A stretch of DNA of 62,179 nucleotides, filler included, from Choristocarpus tenellus KU-1152 (GCA_964200185.2; 11 parts of 11 records of this genome joined end to end with filler, not necessarily neighbours in it); one strand, 5' to 3'; positions 1-11,639 are shown, counted from the first letter of the whole stretch. Program-made: numbers and translations. Notes: a model not told the origin generated them from the letters alone.

Positions 1-38
1 CAAATGGACGCGGCTCTAACCACTGAGATACTTTGACT
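1..38. mobile_element. MITE family A terminal fragment at window start
   Basis: caaatggacgcggctcta..gatactttgact matches the end of the full copies. Confidence 0.7.
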
Positions 39-425
39 GACGTACTTGTGGCAAATGAGACCCTCTGGATAGAGAGCACATTCATGGATATGTTTTGGGA
101 ACTTTGGTAGTTGATTGTGTCCTTGAAGTCTTTCTTGGTCCCTCTTTGTTAACGAATGTGTAGAATCCCAAATCTCTTAATATTGAAATATGTAGATTAA
201 TTCCTTCTCAAGTATGTTGTAGTAGGTAGAAAGCTGGAGTGAGAAACACCATCGAAGCGGGGTGTGTGATAAACCTGTCACTCAACCCTGATCACTAACA
301 ACTCTTCACTCAATCTGTGTGTTACTTGCTGCAACGTTCCTTTTTCAGGATTCTTCTATGATACTGCAATATCCCGGATATTGTTCTTTCAATCACTCAA
401 AAGAAAGATTACTATCAACTATCCG

Positions 426-468
426 GTTATCCAACAGTTATCCAACAGTTATCCAATAGTTATCCAAC
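426..468. repeat. 11-bp tandem repeat (AGTTATCCAAC) x~4
   Basis: Read directly from the sequence. Confidence 0.8.
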
Positions 469-821
469 GAAACTCTGATCATCTAACAACTGATTGTTTC
501 CTTAATAAGTATTTTCCCACATGAATTTAAGCATAATCTTGACAAAATCCCCTACTTCGAACTTCTTGTGGAACTTCAAACAATCACCAAAAACAAACAT
601 TACAACGCCACCAGAAATAGGCAAGTCTACTGTCCTTGCGGTTTGCATGATCAGCATCTGTATAGCCAATTAACTGATCACTTGGTTCATACAATCCAAA
701 ATCTCTAATGGTAGTGCCATGCTCTTTAGTATCTAACAGATACCCAATTACTCTCTTAGCATTCAACCAATCAGACCAACTTGGATTCTCCATACAAGAT
801 GCCAACTCGCTAACCGCAAAA

Positions 822-1081
822 GAGACAAATTATCTTAGAGGGTAGAACTGCGTCCATTTGGGCGTCAAAATCCAATGTTACAATTTTGATGTAATTTTAG
901 CTATTGTGTTTGTTAGGAAGTTTCAATATCCTTGTTCCGGACACACCTTTTCATAACGTATAAATTTTACCTACTCCGAAATGTTTTGGAGTAGGAAAAT
1001 GTCATAAGAACACAGCGAGAGACGCCAAGCCCCAAATGGACAAACAGGGCAAACCTCGTACCCTCTAAGATACTTTCACTC
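822..1081. mobile_element. MITE family A, full length (~255 bp), TSD AAAA
   Basis: TIRs gagacaaattatcttagagggta / taccctctaagatactttcactc. Removing the element and one AAAA restores the copia frame MTRPEVS-FAVSELAS. Confidence 0.9.
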
Positions 1082-1167
1082 AAAAGACACTTCTGGTCTA
1101 GTCATTATAGCAGCCCAATGTATACCACCAACCATAGATCTGTAGTCGTCTGGAACAGGCCCCTCCT

Positions 1168-1422
1168 GAGTCAAAGTATCTTAGAGGATAGAGCCGCGTC
1201 CGTTTGGGGACCAAAATCCAATGTTGTGATTTTGATGTATTTTGGGGTATCGTGTTTGTTAGGAAGTGTCAATATCCTTGTTTCGGACACGCCTTTTCAT
1301 GACGTACACATTTTACCTACTCCGAAATGTTCGGAGCAGGAAAATGTAAAAAAAAAAGTAGGAAGCCGAGCCCCAAATGGACAAACAGGGCAAAACTCGT
1401 ACCCTTTAAGACACTTTCACTC
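1168..1422. mobile_element. MITE family A, full length, TSD TCCT
   Basis: gagtcaaagtatcttagagg...taagacactttcactc, flanked by tcct on both sides. Confidence 0.92.
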
Positions 1423-1602
1423 TCCTGCTCCTCCCTCTTTATGATCGATGGTAGCTCGTAAGTCGTGCCAATACCATGTCTTTCAGTCAGCCCTCCAATG
1501 TACAAGCTCTGGTCCACTACAAGTGTCCCAGTTTTCTAGTTCCTCCTGATCCTGCATCCCATGGATATGATCACCTCACCTAATTCACCACCGGGAACTT
1601 AT

Positions 1603-1858
1603 GAGTGAAAGCATCTCAGAGTGTACAGGTTTTGCCCTGTTTGTCCATTTGGGGCTTGGCTTCCCACGCGTTTTTTATGACGTTTTCCTACTCTGAAATG
1701 TTTTGGGGTAGGTAAAATTTATGTTATGAAAAAGTATGTTCGGAGCAAGCATATTGACACTTCCTAGCAAGCACGACAGCCAAAATTACATCAAAATCGA
1801 AACATTGGATTTTGGCCGACAAACGGACACGGCTCTACCCTGTAAGATACTTTGACTC
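1603..1858. mobile_element. MITE family A, full length, opposite orientation
   Basis: gagtgaaagcatctcagag...taagatactttgactc. TSD imperfect. Confidence 0.88.
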
Positions 1859-2157
1859 TCTTATCAAGTCCCCCAATGACACCCTCAGCATAGCCAGCCC
1901 CTGGCTTCTCTGCCATCAGCATGTCATTAATATGAACAATCATGATCATCACAGCCTCACCATCAACAATCAATCTGAACAAACATGGATCTGCCTCAAA
2001 TTGTTCCAATCTCAGCTCCAGCAGAAGCTTCCACCTGTAGAAAATTCCAGTTCCGAGAAGCCTGGAATATCCCATTCAGGGACTTCTTCAGTAATCCCAC
2101 TACTCCATCAAACTTCGCCTTCCCTTCTAGTACTTCCACATACAAGCTTTCTTTCAA

Positions 2158-2414
2158 GAGTGAAAGTATCTTAGAGGGTACGAGTTTTGCCCTGTTTGTC
2201 CATTTGGGGCTTGGCTTTCCATGGGTTCTTTTATGACATTTTCCTACTCCGAAATGTTTATGAGTGGTAAAGTGTGTATGTTATTAAAAAGTGTGTCTGG
2301 AACATGGATATTAACGCTTCCTAACAAACACGATAGCCAAAATTGCATCAAAATCGCAACATTGGATTTTAACCCCAAATGGACGCGGCTCTACCCTCTA
2401 AGATAATTTGGCTC
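2158..2414. mobile_element. MITE family A, full length, TSD TCAA
   Basis: gagtgaaagtatcttagagggtac...taagataatttggctc, flanked by tcaa. Confidence 0.92.
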
Positions 2415-4273
2415 TCAAGCCTGCCTGCGAGAAGGCCTTCTTCCCATCACTATTGATCAAGTTATAGCTCAAGTTCTCCGCTAATGCAAGTAGTATGCAA
2501 AGAGAAGCATTCCAGTTTTGGTTGGCAGACACTCCTTGTTCGCCAAAAGGCTGGTTGGTGTGCATACATGCCGTGTGTAGTGCATGTATTTCATATTGGT
2601 AGATGTTTTTTAAAATGACTCAAACTAATCCTCCCCCTTCCTCTGTTTATCCCTCTACAACTAATCTGGCCTTGTACCATTCCACTTCTCCATTAGCATC
2701 TACCTTCCTAGTAAACACCATCTTGGTCCCAAGTACCTTGTGGCCATCAGTGGGGCGAGATACTTGTATCCACACTCCCCTGCCGTCCAAATCATCCATT
2801 CTTTATCAACGCTCCTTTCCACAAGGGTCAATCCTGAGTCTCCATCGCCGCTCACATGGTCTTAGGTTCTGGTGGGAGGGGTCTATCTTTCCCACATACA
2901 AGCAGACCAGCTAGTCTCCGCTCATATCGCAATGTACCCTCCGATAGTTCACCACGTTGAGGTGAGGGGTCGAGAATTATGGTCCACGAGTCTCAGCAAC
3001 AACCTTCCGCTACGCCCCTGCCGTGACGTAGGCCATACCACCAGCACCAATGTTCAGCATCCCATCATCAGTACTTCCATCCTCCACAGTGTTCTCTACA
3101 TCTATTCCACCTTGCCCATTTCCAAGTTCCAAATCCGAACCGGCATGTTCCGAATATACTCGTTCTGGAATTTTTCGTCTGGAACCTCTTCTCTCGATCC
3201 CAAATAAATTTCCTTCAACACCAAATCCCCAGTCCTCAGCCCAAAGTCTTTTTGCTTCTCTTCCAAGGAAGATTCCATCCCCACTCTTGTTAATGCGAGC
3301 GTTAGAATAGGATTTCCAAACCGTTGACTATTTCCCTGAATTTGTAAGAACCCTCAAAGAATCAGAACGGTGGTTGGAAGAACATCCCATTATCAAACAA
3401 GGTTTGACTCTTGAGTCAACTTATGTATCCGTTGGTCCACTCTTGCGAACCCCTTAGAACCCCAAAGAGGCAACAAATGAGGGTGGGTTGGAACACCATA
3501 AAACGTTTCGTGAAGTGATTTCCAGTGGGAGTTCGCAGACTTGGGACAAAGGTTTGTTAGTGTGGTGGTAGCCATGTTGTGCGCCTTCCCCCACAAACCC
3601 AACCAATCCCCAAGTCCAGCCGTGTGCATCATGATCAGCCCCTTCTCCACTATCAGTGCAATGGAGCATTCAACTTTCCATTTAATTGGGGTACCTGGAA
3701 CGGTGTACTCATGTCAAATCTTGTGCTCATTCATCACTCCCTCGAAGTCCTCATTCTTGAACTCCGTGCTGTAGACACGGAATGGAGGGTTTTCCTAAAC
3801 TAGCTGAGGCGTTTGCATTATTTGATGTTTGGAGCATATGTGATCCTTGACTGGATCTATGTTCACTCCCTTAACAAATAACAGAGTTGTAAGCCTCAAC
3901 GTGGGATGGAGTCCTTACAAGCTATCATAGACCAGTTCCTATGGTTGAACTGTCTATAATTCAATTAAATTCTCGACACATGACCACAGGATCGAGCGTG
4001 GCACTATGATTGGCTGGGTTAGGCCAACACGTGATCGCAGGAGCTTGCTTGAGCTTGGAGTGCACACAACCGGGCAGAGACCAGCATATTTATTTGATTG
4101 ACAGGGTCCAATATGTCAATGAACGACGGAGAAGGACCTGGCACAGCCTGGGGGGGGTGCGTGAGACTGATTGGTCTAAATTGATGATAGTGTAGCATAT
4201 TCAACCTCCACGGGTTGAGAGTCTTGCTTAGAAGGATGTGAGGGAGTTTGTGACAGCCTGACGCAAATATGAG

Positions 4274-4667
4274 ATGAGCGTTAGGATGCAACACTCAAAA
4301 GGAGGTATACAAATTGCATTTTTGACATTGTCTGAGTCCTTAACCGTTGCTCAGAGACGACCACTGGTGCGGGTTGAATTGAAAATCAATTGGGCTGCAG
4401 CGACCGAGGAGAAACTCCTTCAAGCACTGAAGAAGGTGGCAAGAGTCGATGAGAACTGCAGAACCTTCGACATTGGGCAAATTCAGAGGGATTCACAGAG
4501 AGTGGCCTGGATGGGAAACGAAGGGTCAGCCACGGATAGGGTCATGGGTGTGATCCAGGATATAGAAAGCTATCTGGAAGATAACAATCTGGATGGTGTT
4601 TCCATAATAATGCTGGACAAGTCGAGGAGACTCGGAAGGCGGGGTCGGAAAAGGTACTCTCAGAGCG
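4274..4667 (+). pseudogene. Possible retroelement gag-like coding remnant, cut off by an LTR-like sequence
   Basis: Protein-like helical stretch (EEKLLQALKKVARVDE..DRVMGVIQDIESYLEDNNL). No diagnostic motif. Confidence 0.25.
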
Positions 4668-4799
4668 TGCAATATAGTCTAGTAGTCTATATGGTTTATA
4701 GTGTAAAAGTGAATGAAGTAATGTAACTTGAACTTACAAGCGACTGACGTAGTGTAACTTGAACTTATAAGTGACTGACGTAGTGTAACTGTCACAAAC
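4668..4799 (+). mobile_element. 5' part of an LTR related to the 9959-10328 LTR, with a ~31-bp tandem duplication
   Basis: Starts TGCAATATAGTCTAGTAGTCTAT versus TGCAATATAGGCTAGGTAGTCTAT (reverse complement of the 10328 end). Both contain ACTGACGTAGT. Truncated by the contig end. Confidence 0.6.
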
Positions 4800-4899
4800 N
4801 NNNNNNNNNNNNNNNNNNNNNNNNNNNNNNNNNNNNNNNNNNNTTAATTAATTAANNNNNNNNNNNNNNNNNNNNNNNNNNNNNNNNNNNNNNNNNNNN
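4800..4899. other. Artificial contig spacer
   Basis: N44-TTAATTAATTAA-N44, with stops in all six frames. Confidence 0.98.
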
Positions 4900-4943
4900 G
4901 GTGAAAAACGGACGCCGACACCCCCCCCCAGATACTTTGACCC
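4900..4943. mobile_element. MITE family C end fragment
   Basis: gtgaaaaacggacgccgaca-C10-agatactttgaccc. Confidence 0.7.
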
Positions 4944-6162
4944 TATAATAATGAAAATATAATATACATACGTATATATATATATATATAGGTGCATCCT
5001 GGGAGAGGGGAGATATGAACCCTTTATGGGTTGCGTGTCAGACAGAGGAGGAGAGGAGGGAGTGTGGCGCGATTCCTTACACCTTTGCTTGCGAGAGAGC
5101 CTGTTATTATTATGTTGAAGTCAAGGCATCAATATCTAATTCTACATGAGAACTATACTACTCTATGTGTAATATAGTCGAGCTCCATAGTCTCAGTCTA
5201 GGAGTTGCACTTTTGTGGCTCTTTTACATACACTACGGTACAAGTCTGCCCGTTGACCCATAGTATCCTAGAGGAGGGGTACATCATTCATTTGGAGCTG
5301 GTGTGAACCTGTAGTGATTTTCATGTAATCTGAGTAAACATGTCAGATGTAAGGACAATTTCCTTCATCTGAAGGCACCTTCTTTTTCCTTCCTGTGTCT
5401 GAACCAAATCCGAAGGAAAATGGATCACAGAATGGGCATCAAACTTTGGTATCTTACAACATCCCATAAAGCCCCGTATGGACCACTTGGGCTATACACA
5501 CCCCCCTCTAACATACTATGGTATTGTTAGTGTTTACGATTATAGTCCCCAGCTGTTGTTGCGGTTCTTCTTCTCCACACTCTAATATTATACAACTTTT
5601 TGCCAGTGTATTTCTTTTTTCTCCCTTAATTTCTTCGTTTCCTATGTAAAATTGTCTGCACCATGTCAAGTGAGCATAATAATAAAATATCATAGTAGGA
5701 CTTCAAAGTTCAGACAATTCAGCGAAGAGAAAAGTCAGAACTAGTGCTGGAACTTACGGGTACACAGACGGATTGACAGGCAGGATTTACTTGCTATGGG
5801 AAGGAAACTACGTAAGATGCGAAAAGTCAGATATAGAGAGCCGGTGCTGGAAATATATATTTTTTCAGGAGTTTCAAGCAAGTACGTACCAACCGGTGGG
5901 TTAGCCTACACGCGAAGACGAGTGCCATTACTGGTAGAAAGGTAAAGTAACTAGGTTGTGTAGAGACTTGTCAAATAAGAAAAACTCAAACCTCAACGAG
6001 TCCGAAAGATGAAAGAAAGCTCCATAGAGCTGATGTGTTTGTAAGGACAGAAATTGCTTGTCTTACACAGTATCACCGTGAGATGGAACCCAAAGAGTCA
6101 ATTCTGGAGAGTTTTCTCTTTTTCAGTATGTGAGAGCACATGGCCGAGTATACGCACAAGGA

Positions 6163-6345
6163 GAGTGAAAGTATCTTAGAGGGTACAAGTTTTGCCCTGT
6201 TTGTCCGTTTGGGGCTTGACTTCCCATGTTTTTGTTTTTTATGACATTTTCCTACACGAAAATGGTTTGGAGTAGGTAAAATGTGTACGTTATGAAATGG
6301 TGTTTCCAGAACAAGGATATTGACACTTCCAAACGAATACGATAT
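6163..6345. mobile_element. MITE family A, truncated
   Basis: One TIR (gagtgaaagtatcttagagggtac) plus ~180 bp of internal sequence. Confidence 0.8.
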
Positions 6346-6990
6346 CTACTTCTTGGAATAACCAACGGAGTCGAAATAAACCACGGCAACTCCAAACACA
6401 ACACAAGCTACACTTTAACAGGGCTTGGCGAAACTCCTACCAAAAGGGCAGTGAAGTGAGTGCTGAGTTGCGAGCCTACTGAACAATCCTAACATCTGCC
6501 ACCAAAATCATTCGCAGGAAGGAAGAGAAGACAAGTATCAACCCAGAGGATGCGAACACTCGTACACCTATGAAAAGTATCATCAAACTGTGTCCGCCCC
6601 TGAGGATACAGCAGCCCTACTTCCTTTTCCCTTCCTCCCACCCCCTAAAAACAATATCCCCTGTGTACTATAACTGGGTCTTCATGTCTGGGAAAGAGAA
6701 ATGGTAAAGACGTTCCACAGGTACAGTGAATTGAACCTCTGAGTCCAGCACAGCAAGTGCAGTTCTTGGACCACGGGATTACTGGTCTGTCAATACTCCT
6801 GAATCACTCTACAACTGGCCGCCGAAGCCCTGATAGGCACAAGATGATGGAAGGTGTAGACAAGAATCAGCATTGTGTATAATAAATAGAAATGAACGAT
6901 AATGGCAGATATGAGAAACGAGAACATGAGCCCTTTTGTAACACATTTGACAGAGGGGCCGAAGAGAGAGGTATACAAAAAAAAAGAACA

Positions 6991-7239
6991 GTGTGAAAGG
7001 GTACGAGTTTTGCCCTGTTTGTCCGTTTGGGGCTTGGCTTCTCATGGATTTTTTTTTTCATTTTCCTACTCCTAAATGTTTATGAGGTAGGTAAAATGTG
7101 TACGTCGTGAAAGAGCGTTTCCAGAAAAAGGATATTGACACTTCCCAAGAAACAAAATATTCAAAATTAAATCGAAATCGCAAATTTGGAACTTGGCCCC
7201 CAAATGGACGTGGCTGTACCCTCTAAGATACTTTGGCTC
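6991..7239. mobile_element. MITE family A, near full length
   Basis: Left TIR partly deleted (gtgtgaaagggtacgag). Right TIR taccctctaagatactttggctc. Confidence 0.85.
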
Positions 7240-7649
7240 GACAGAGATAAGCTGGGTAAGGAATACCACATTAGTTTTAATATAGAAAAAAGAAGCAATC
7301 GCCAGTCATACCTTGACACCTCAAATCGATATAGTCATCAATACAATCACACTTCATCAATATACCGTAACTACACTTTTACAACAAAAAGTAGTAAGAC
7401 TTCCCCTCAACACAATCTTCCCGACAAGTTCCTCAACATACAAAACATCTTACTATCAACACTCTCGCCTTTCCCTTTGCCCCCTTCCTGTCCCTCAGCT
7501 GAGTCAAGGCCTTCTTCTCTTCACCACTGATATCCTTGGGGATGTCCACCTTGATGGTTACATAGTGATCACCATGGTTTGCAAAAAAAAAGAAGGAAAT
7601 AGTCATCAGGACATAGCCAAAAGCAAACCAAATAGGGCCAGCCAGAAAA

Positions 7650-7687
7650 GGCTCAAATTATCTGGGGGGGGTGGCGGCTGTCCATTT
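7650..7687. mobile_element. MITE family B end fragment at contig end
   Basis: gctcaaattatct-G8-tggcggctgtccattt. Confidence 0.75.
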
Positions 7688-7787
7688 NNNNNNNNNNNNN
7701 NNNNNNNNNNNNNNNNNNNNNNNNNNNNNNNTTAATTAATTAANNNNNNNNNNNNNNNNNNNNNNNNNNNNNNNNNNNNNNNNNNNN
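7688..7787. other. Artificial contig spacer
   Basis: N44-TTAATTAATTAA-N44. Confidence 0.98.
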
Positions 7788-7958
7788 TTGCTAGGAAGTG
7801 TCAATATCTGTGTTTCGGACACACCTTTTCATAACATAAACATTTAACCTACTCCTAAACATTTTGGAGTAGGAAAATGTCATAAAAACACGCATGGGAA
7901 ACCAAACCCCAAATGGACAAACAGAGCAAAATTTGTACCCTCTAAGATACTTTCACTC
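7788..7958. mobile_element. MITE family A, partial at contig start
   Basis: Ends taccctctaagatactttcactc. Confidence 0.85.
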
Positions 7959-7959
7959 C

Positions 7960-8210
7960 TTCACCACTGATTTCCAGTCACCCCCCACATCTGATGAACA
8001 ACCAGGGCAAACCCCCTTCGCCACTAATTTCCAGGCATCCCTCACATCTGATGAACAACCAGTGCGAACTCCCTTCCCCACTGATTTCCAGTCACCGCCC
8101 ACATCCGATGACCAACCAGTGTGACCCCTTCGCCAATGATTTCCAGTCACTCCTCCCATCCGATGACCAACCCTTGCGACCCCTTTCGCCACTGACTTCC
8201 GGTCACTACC
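7960..8210. repeat. ~57-bp minisatellite x~4.5
   Basis: Unit resembles cactgatttccagtcacccccacatctgatgaacaaccagggcaaacccccttcgc. Confidence 0.85.
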
Positions 8211-8239
8211 ACACCCTTCGACCCCACTCAACCCTACAC

Positions 8240-8600
8240 CAGTTCCCACGCCCCTCAACCCCACCCCACTTACCACTCCACCACACCATTCAATGCCACT
8301 CAACCCCACACTACTCAACATCACTCCACAATCATCCAAGAACACCCCTTCATCATCCCCTTCATACTGTGCCTTTGACTTAGAAGACATCTAACCCGCC
8401 CGAACTTGACCTCCCCTCCCTCTCCCCAGCATCCCAGTCGGTCATGAGCAAGCGACAGGGTGGGTGGGTTGGAAAGCTTGCTTAGGGGTCTCTTGATCTA
8501 GCCCTCCTCGTCCTGCCACACCAGCCCTAGATTTTCTTTTCAATTCAATCCTGGCCATTCCTTCCTCCATTCTGCCTCCACCTACCACCCATTTCTTTAA
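8240..8600 (+). repeat. Dispersed repeat, homologous (inverted) to ~35220-35620
   Basis: catactgtgcctttgacttagaagacatcta versus reverse complement of tagatgtcttctagctcaaaggcacagtatg (35438-35470). Flanks are also similar. Confidence 0.65.
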
Positions 8601-9090
8601 CTTCTTTCCTACCTCTCTTACTTAATGTTACAGGCGCCCCTCAGAACTCACCTTCACAGGATGTACAACGCAAATCCAACGACCTTAAAACGACACTATG
8701 GGGGCGTTGCCTTTTTCAACGGTTTGTAGGGTGTCAGATAGTCCTTTCTCTTGATAATCCACTCAGGGCTTAGCTCGAAGCTTGACTCAATGTTTCGTTC
8801 AAAAGGTAAGACTGGTGCATAAGGGTGGTAAAAGTGTTTCCACTAAAAGTCCTCTTATTATTTTCATCGTCCACCCAATTTCTTTGGTCTTCTACCAACT
8901 GCTCTATAGGTACTTCAATCATAAACCTTTATTCTTCAACTTCTTAGTGACTTTGACATTTTCTTCTGTAATGTTACGTAGGTATTTCGAATCTTACTCT
9001 GCATCTTCTACATCATTTATTCTGTAAGGCTACCTATGTGTTACTAATATCGTATATTGTTTGTACTTCTCAGAACTCGAGAAACATTCC

Positions 9091-9900
9091 TCACACTATA
9101 CTTCTGTCACAAACGTTCATATTTCCTAAAACATGAGGAGAAAATGATCGCGCTATTCTCGTGTAACAAATGCTCGCACTTCGTTGGAATACAAGAAGAA
9201 ACGCTCGCACTATTCGCCTGTAACAGTTGAGCTGCACCAGGATCCAATCCTCCACGCGTCTTCCGGTGAGCTGCACGGGGATCTCGTCCTCCGTGCGTCC
9301 TTTGTCGAGCTACGTGGGGATCTCGTCCTCCACACGAACACATTTGCGCAAATACCTGCGGCATGCTGTCCCTGATGCCTACGATCAGAGCTCCTTTCTT
9401 GACATGATCTTGGCTGCCTCCAGCTGCTCGTACTCTTTGTCCAGATATGATCGAGGCGAATTACGAAGTCTGCAGCGTTTTCCACTGATCAGCAGTACAT
9501 GTCCCACAATTTCATCTCTGGAGCTATGAGCTGCATGGGCCGCTGACTCACAGCGCACCCCCCATAGATCTGCTCTAATTCGAGCCAGGCCGCCCTCCCG
9601 TCGGGGCTGCCGTTATTCTCGTGCGTGCCGACCAACATCGCTGCAGCTCCCATCGTGGTCTGGCCCAGAAGGAACCACAAGACCCTCACGATGCTTGACG
9701 TACTCCTCGTATGCACTGTGCTCCCCAAACAATGTATCAGCCATGGTGCAGGAATGCAGTATGCTGGTTGTAGGATGCAGTACAGTCCCTTGCCGCCTGC
9801 ATAGCTCACCAGCGCCATCCGCCATTCTGCCCACTTCTCCCTTGTATGCCCCCGCGCTCCACTCCATAGTGACAGCATACGGGGGTTCGCTTAAATACCA
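9091..9900 (-). mobile_element. Degenerate Ty1/copia gag
   Basis: KWAEWRMALVSY..LWFLLGQTT..DGRAAWLELEQIYGG is typical of copia gag. Followed by an RG-rich tract and a possible decayed zinc knuckle. Lies directly downstream of the PBS and LTR. Confidence 0.75.
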
Positions 9901-9901
9901 A

Positions 9902-9959
9902 TGAGGCTCATAACCTATTCCCCTTTGCGAAGGGGAATCGTGTGAGGCTCATAACCTAT
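9902..9959 (-). promoter_or_regulatory. Duplicated copia primer-binding site (half-tRNA-iMet type) separated by a hairpin
   Basis: GGTTATGAGCC on the minus strand at 9946-9956 and 9905-9915, complementary to the initiator-tRNA anticodon arm GGCTCATAACC. 9-bp stem at 9917-9938. Confidence 0.75.
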
Positions 9960-10328
9960 GCAAAAGAAAGCTATTCCAATAGAATCTTTGCTTTATGTGT
10001 GGTATGGATTTTTTTATTAGCGGAGTGAGCACTATCCCTTGAGGTGGGGGGTGCTCTCTCTTGTTATCTGATTGCACACGTCAGCAGACACGTAAAAAAA
10101 ATGTGTCTTGCCGTTGGTTGTACTATGTCACTTATCCTGTGTAACTAGTACTACGTCAGTAATCCTCCATCAATAATTATATCAAGTAATAAGAAATCAA
10201 TCATCCGAGATTAAAACCTGTTACTCTAAGCACACTGAAACAAGTCATTGACACTTATTCTACTTATTCAACATTTCTGTTGTCCACTAAACACATAAGA
10301 CCCCATAGACTACCTAGCCTATATTGCA
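9959..10328 (-). mobile_element. 5' LTR of the copia element (~370 bp)
   Basis: Termini TGCAA...TTGCA form an inverted repeat (TG..CA). The PBS begins 2 nt after the LTR end. The outer end abuts a truncated MITE. Confidence 0.7.
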
Positions 10329-10451
10329 CAGTCCGAAACATAGATATTGACAGTTCCTAACAAACAAGATAGACAAAATTACATCAAAATGGCAACATTG
10401 GATTTTGACCCCCAAACGGACGTGGCTCTACCCTCTAAGATACTTTGGGTC
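10329..10451. mobile_element. MITE family A half copy, cut at the LTR boundary
   Basis: gtccgaaaca..taccctctaagatactttgggtc. Confidence 0.8.
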
Positions 10452-10689
10452 TGAGACAGATGCATGTCAGGCTTGGAACAGTTGGCAGAGTGGTGGTCTA
10501 TATCACACCATACTTACACCGAGAGTGTTACATATTTGTTGCTCACATGGGAGGATGGGTAGGAGAAGCAACAGCAACAGCAAGCACGGACAATCTCAAC
10601 CCTACCCATGAACACCATTTTACAACCATCATGATCATCCTAATTGCCAGGATATGGCTGAAGGTAGGGTAAGTTCCGCGGGGACTGCT

Positions 10690-10947
10690 GAGGCAAAGCA
10701 TTTCAGAGGGGTAGGAGTTTTGCCCTGTTTGTCTGTTGGGGCTTGACTTCCCACAAATTATTTGCGTCCTTTTTCGATTTTCTGTGCGAACACAGTTACG
10801 TAAAATGTGTACAACTATGAAATGTGTGTCCACAGCAAGGATATTGACACTTGCTAACAAACACGATAGCCGAAAGTAATCAAAATCGCAACATTGGATT
10901 TATGACCCCGAACGGATGCAGCCCTACCCTATCAAATGTTTTGGCTC
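10690..10947. mobile_element. MITE family A, diverged full-length copy, TSD TGCT
   Basis: gaggcaaagcatttcagaggggtag...ttttggctc, flanked by tgct. Confidence 0.85.
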
Positions 10948-11639
10948 TGCTAAAGTGTAGTGCGGGAGGGCCTTTGTTTACTCAGTAGTATGCTCTCATC
11001 AGATCGAACCTGTTACGGTCTGGGTACACGCTCTAGGCAACAGTGCATGACAAAGCTCTGTACGGTCTGGTAGGTGTAGGAGATCTTACAATATCTGTTT
11101 GATTGCCTCTCAGACGGGTATAGTTTGGGGAGACTTAGGCATCGATTTCCACCCACTTTTCCTATCCAACCTGGTGTGCTACGTTTGGGGCAATTCTTGT
11201 ACCTGACCATAAACTTGGTGCATAGTAAGTGGCAGTGCATAGCCAACCAAAGAAACAATATTTTCTTGAAGGGTACTTCATGGGTTGTATGAGGTTGACT
11301 CAGCTAGAACTGGAGGAAGATGGCACCTTTAAGTTGAGTTTCCACGCTATTTTGAGTGTCAGATTTGCATTTTTCTTCGTAACATCATAGTATGATGTAG
11401 ACCAGGCAGTGAAAAGTGATGCGTACCAAACCAATATCCGTTCTAGCACACATATGCTGCCCTTTGGGATGTTTTGGAGTGCTTGCGAAAAGGTCATGGG
11501 CCAGGAAGGTTGAACTTGGATTTTTTGCCCACTCTTTTTGTACCATGTGTTAGTTGCTATTGCACAAAAAAAAAAGGTGCATGCATTTTGGTGTGGATGG
11601 GGCAAAGTCAAAAGCAGCACTCTACCATCCCTCTAGGAC

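Larger units (their letters stand above)
584..3900 (-). mobile_element. Degenerate Ty1/copia LTR-retrotransposon pol (integrase-RT-RNase H), interrupted by four MITEs
   Basis: Minus-strand fragments occur in copia order. Integrase-like: TPQLNGKVE / GDWLGLWGKAH (~3400-3800). RT start: HKVLGTKMVFTRKVDAN..YKARLVVEG (~2645-2750). RT core: EQFEADPCLF..IVHINDML (decayed YVDD, ~1900-2000). MTRPEVS|FAVSELASCMENP and RNase H GYTDADHA (584-1105). Many stops and frameshifts. Confidence 0.85.

Noticed and set aside
822-2414. CRISPR-like or integron-cassette-like array of repeats with unique spacers
   Set aside because: Repeats are ~255-bp TIR elements with TSDs in mixed orientation. The 'spacers' are contiguous pieces of a copia RT. 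No cas or integrase gene.
9917-9938. Rho-independent terminator
   Set aside because: Eukaryotic retroelement leader context and no U-tract.
9902-9959. tRNA-Met gene (GGCTCATAACC anticodon arm)
   Set aside because: No D arm, T arm or acceptor stem. Its position next to the LTR identifies it as a PBS.
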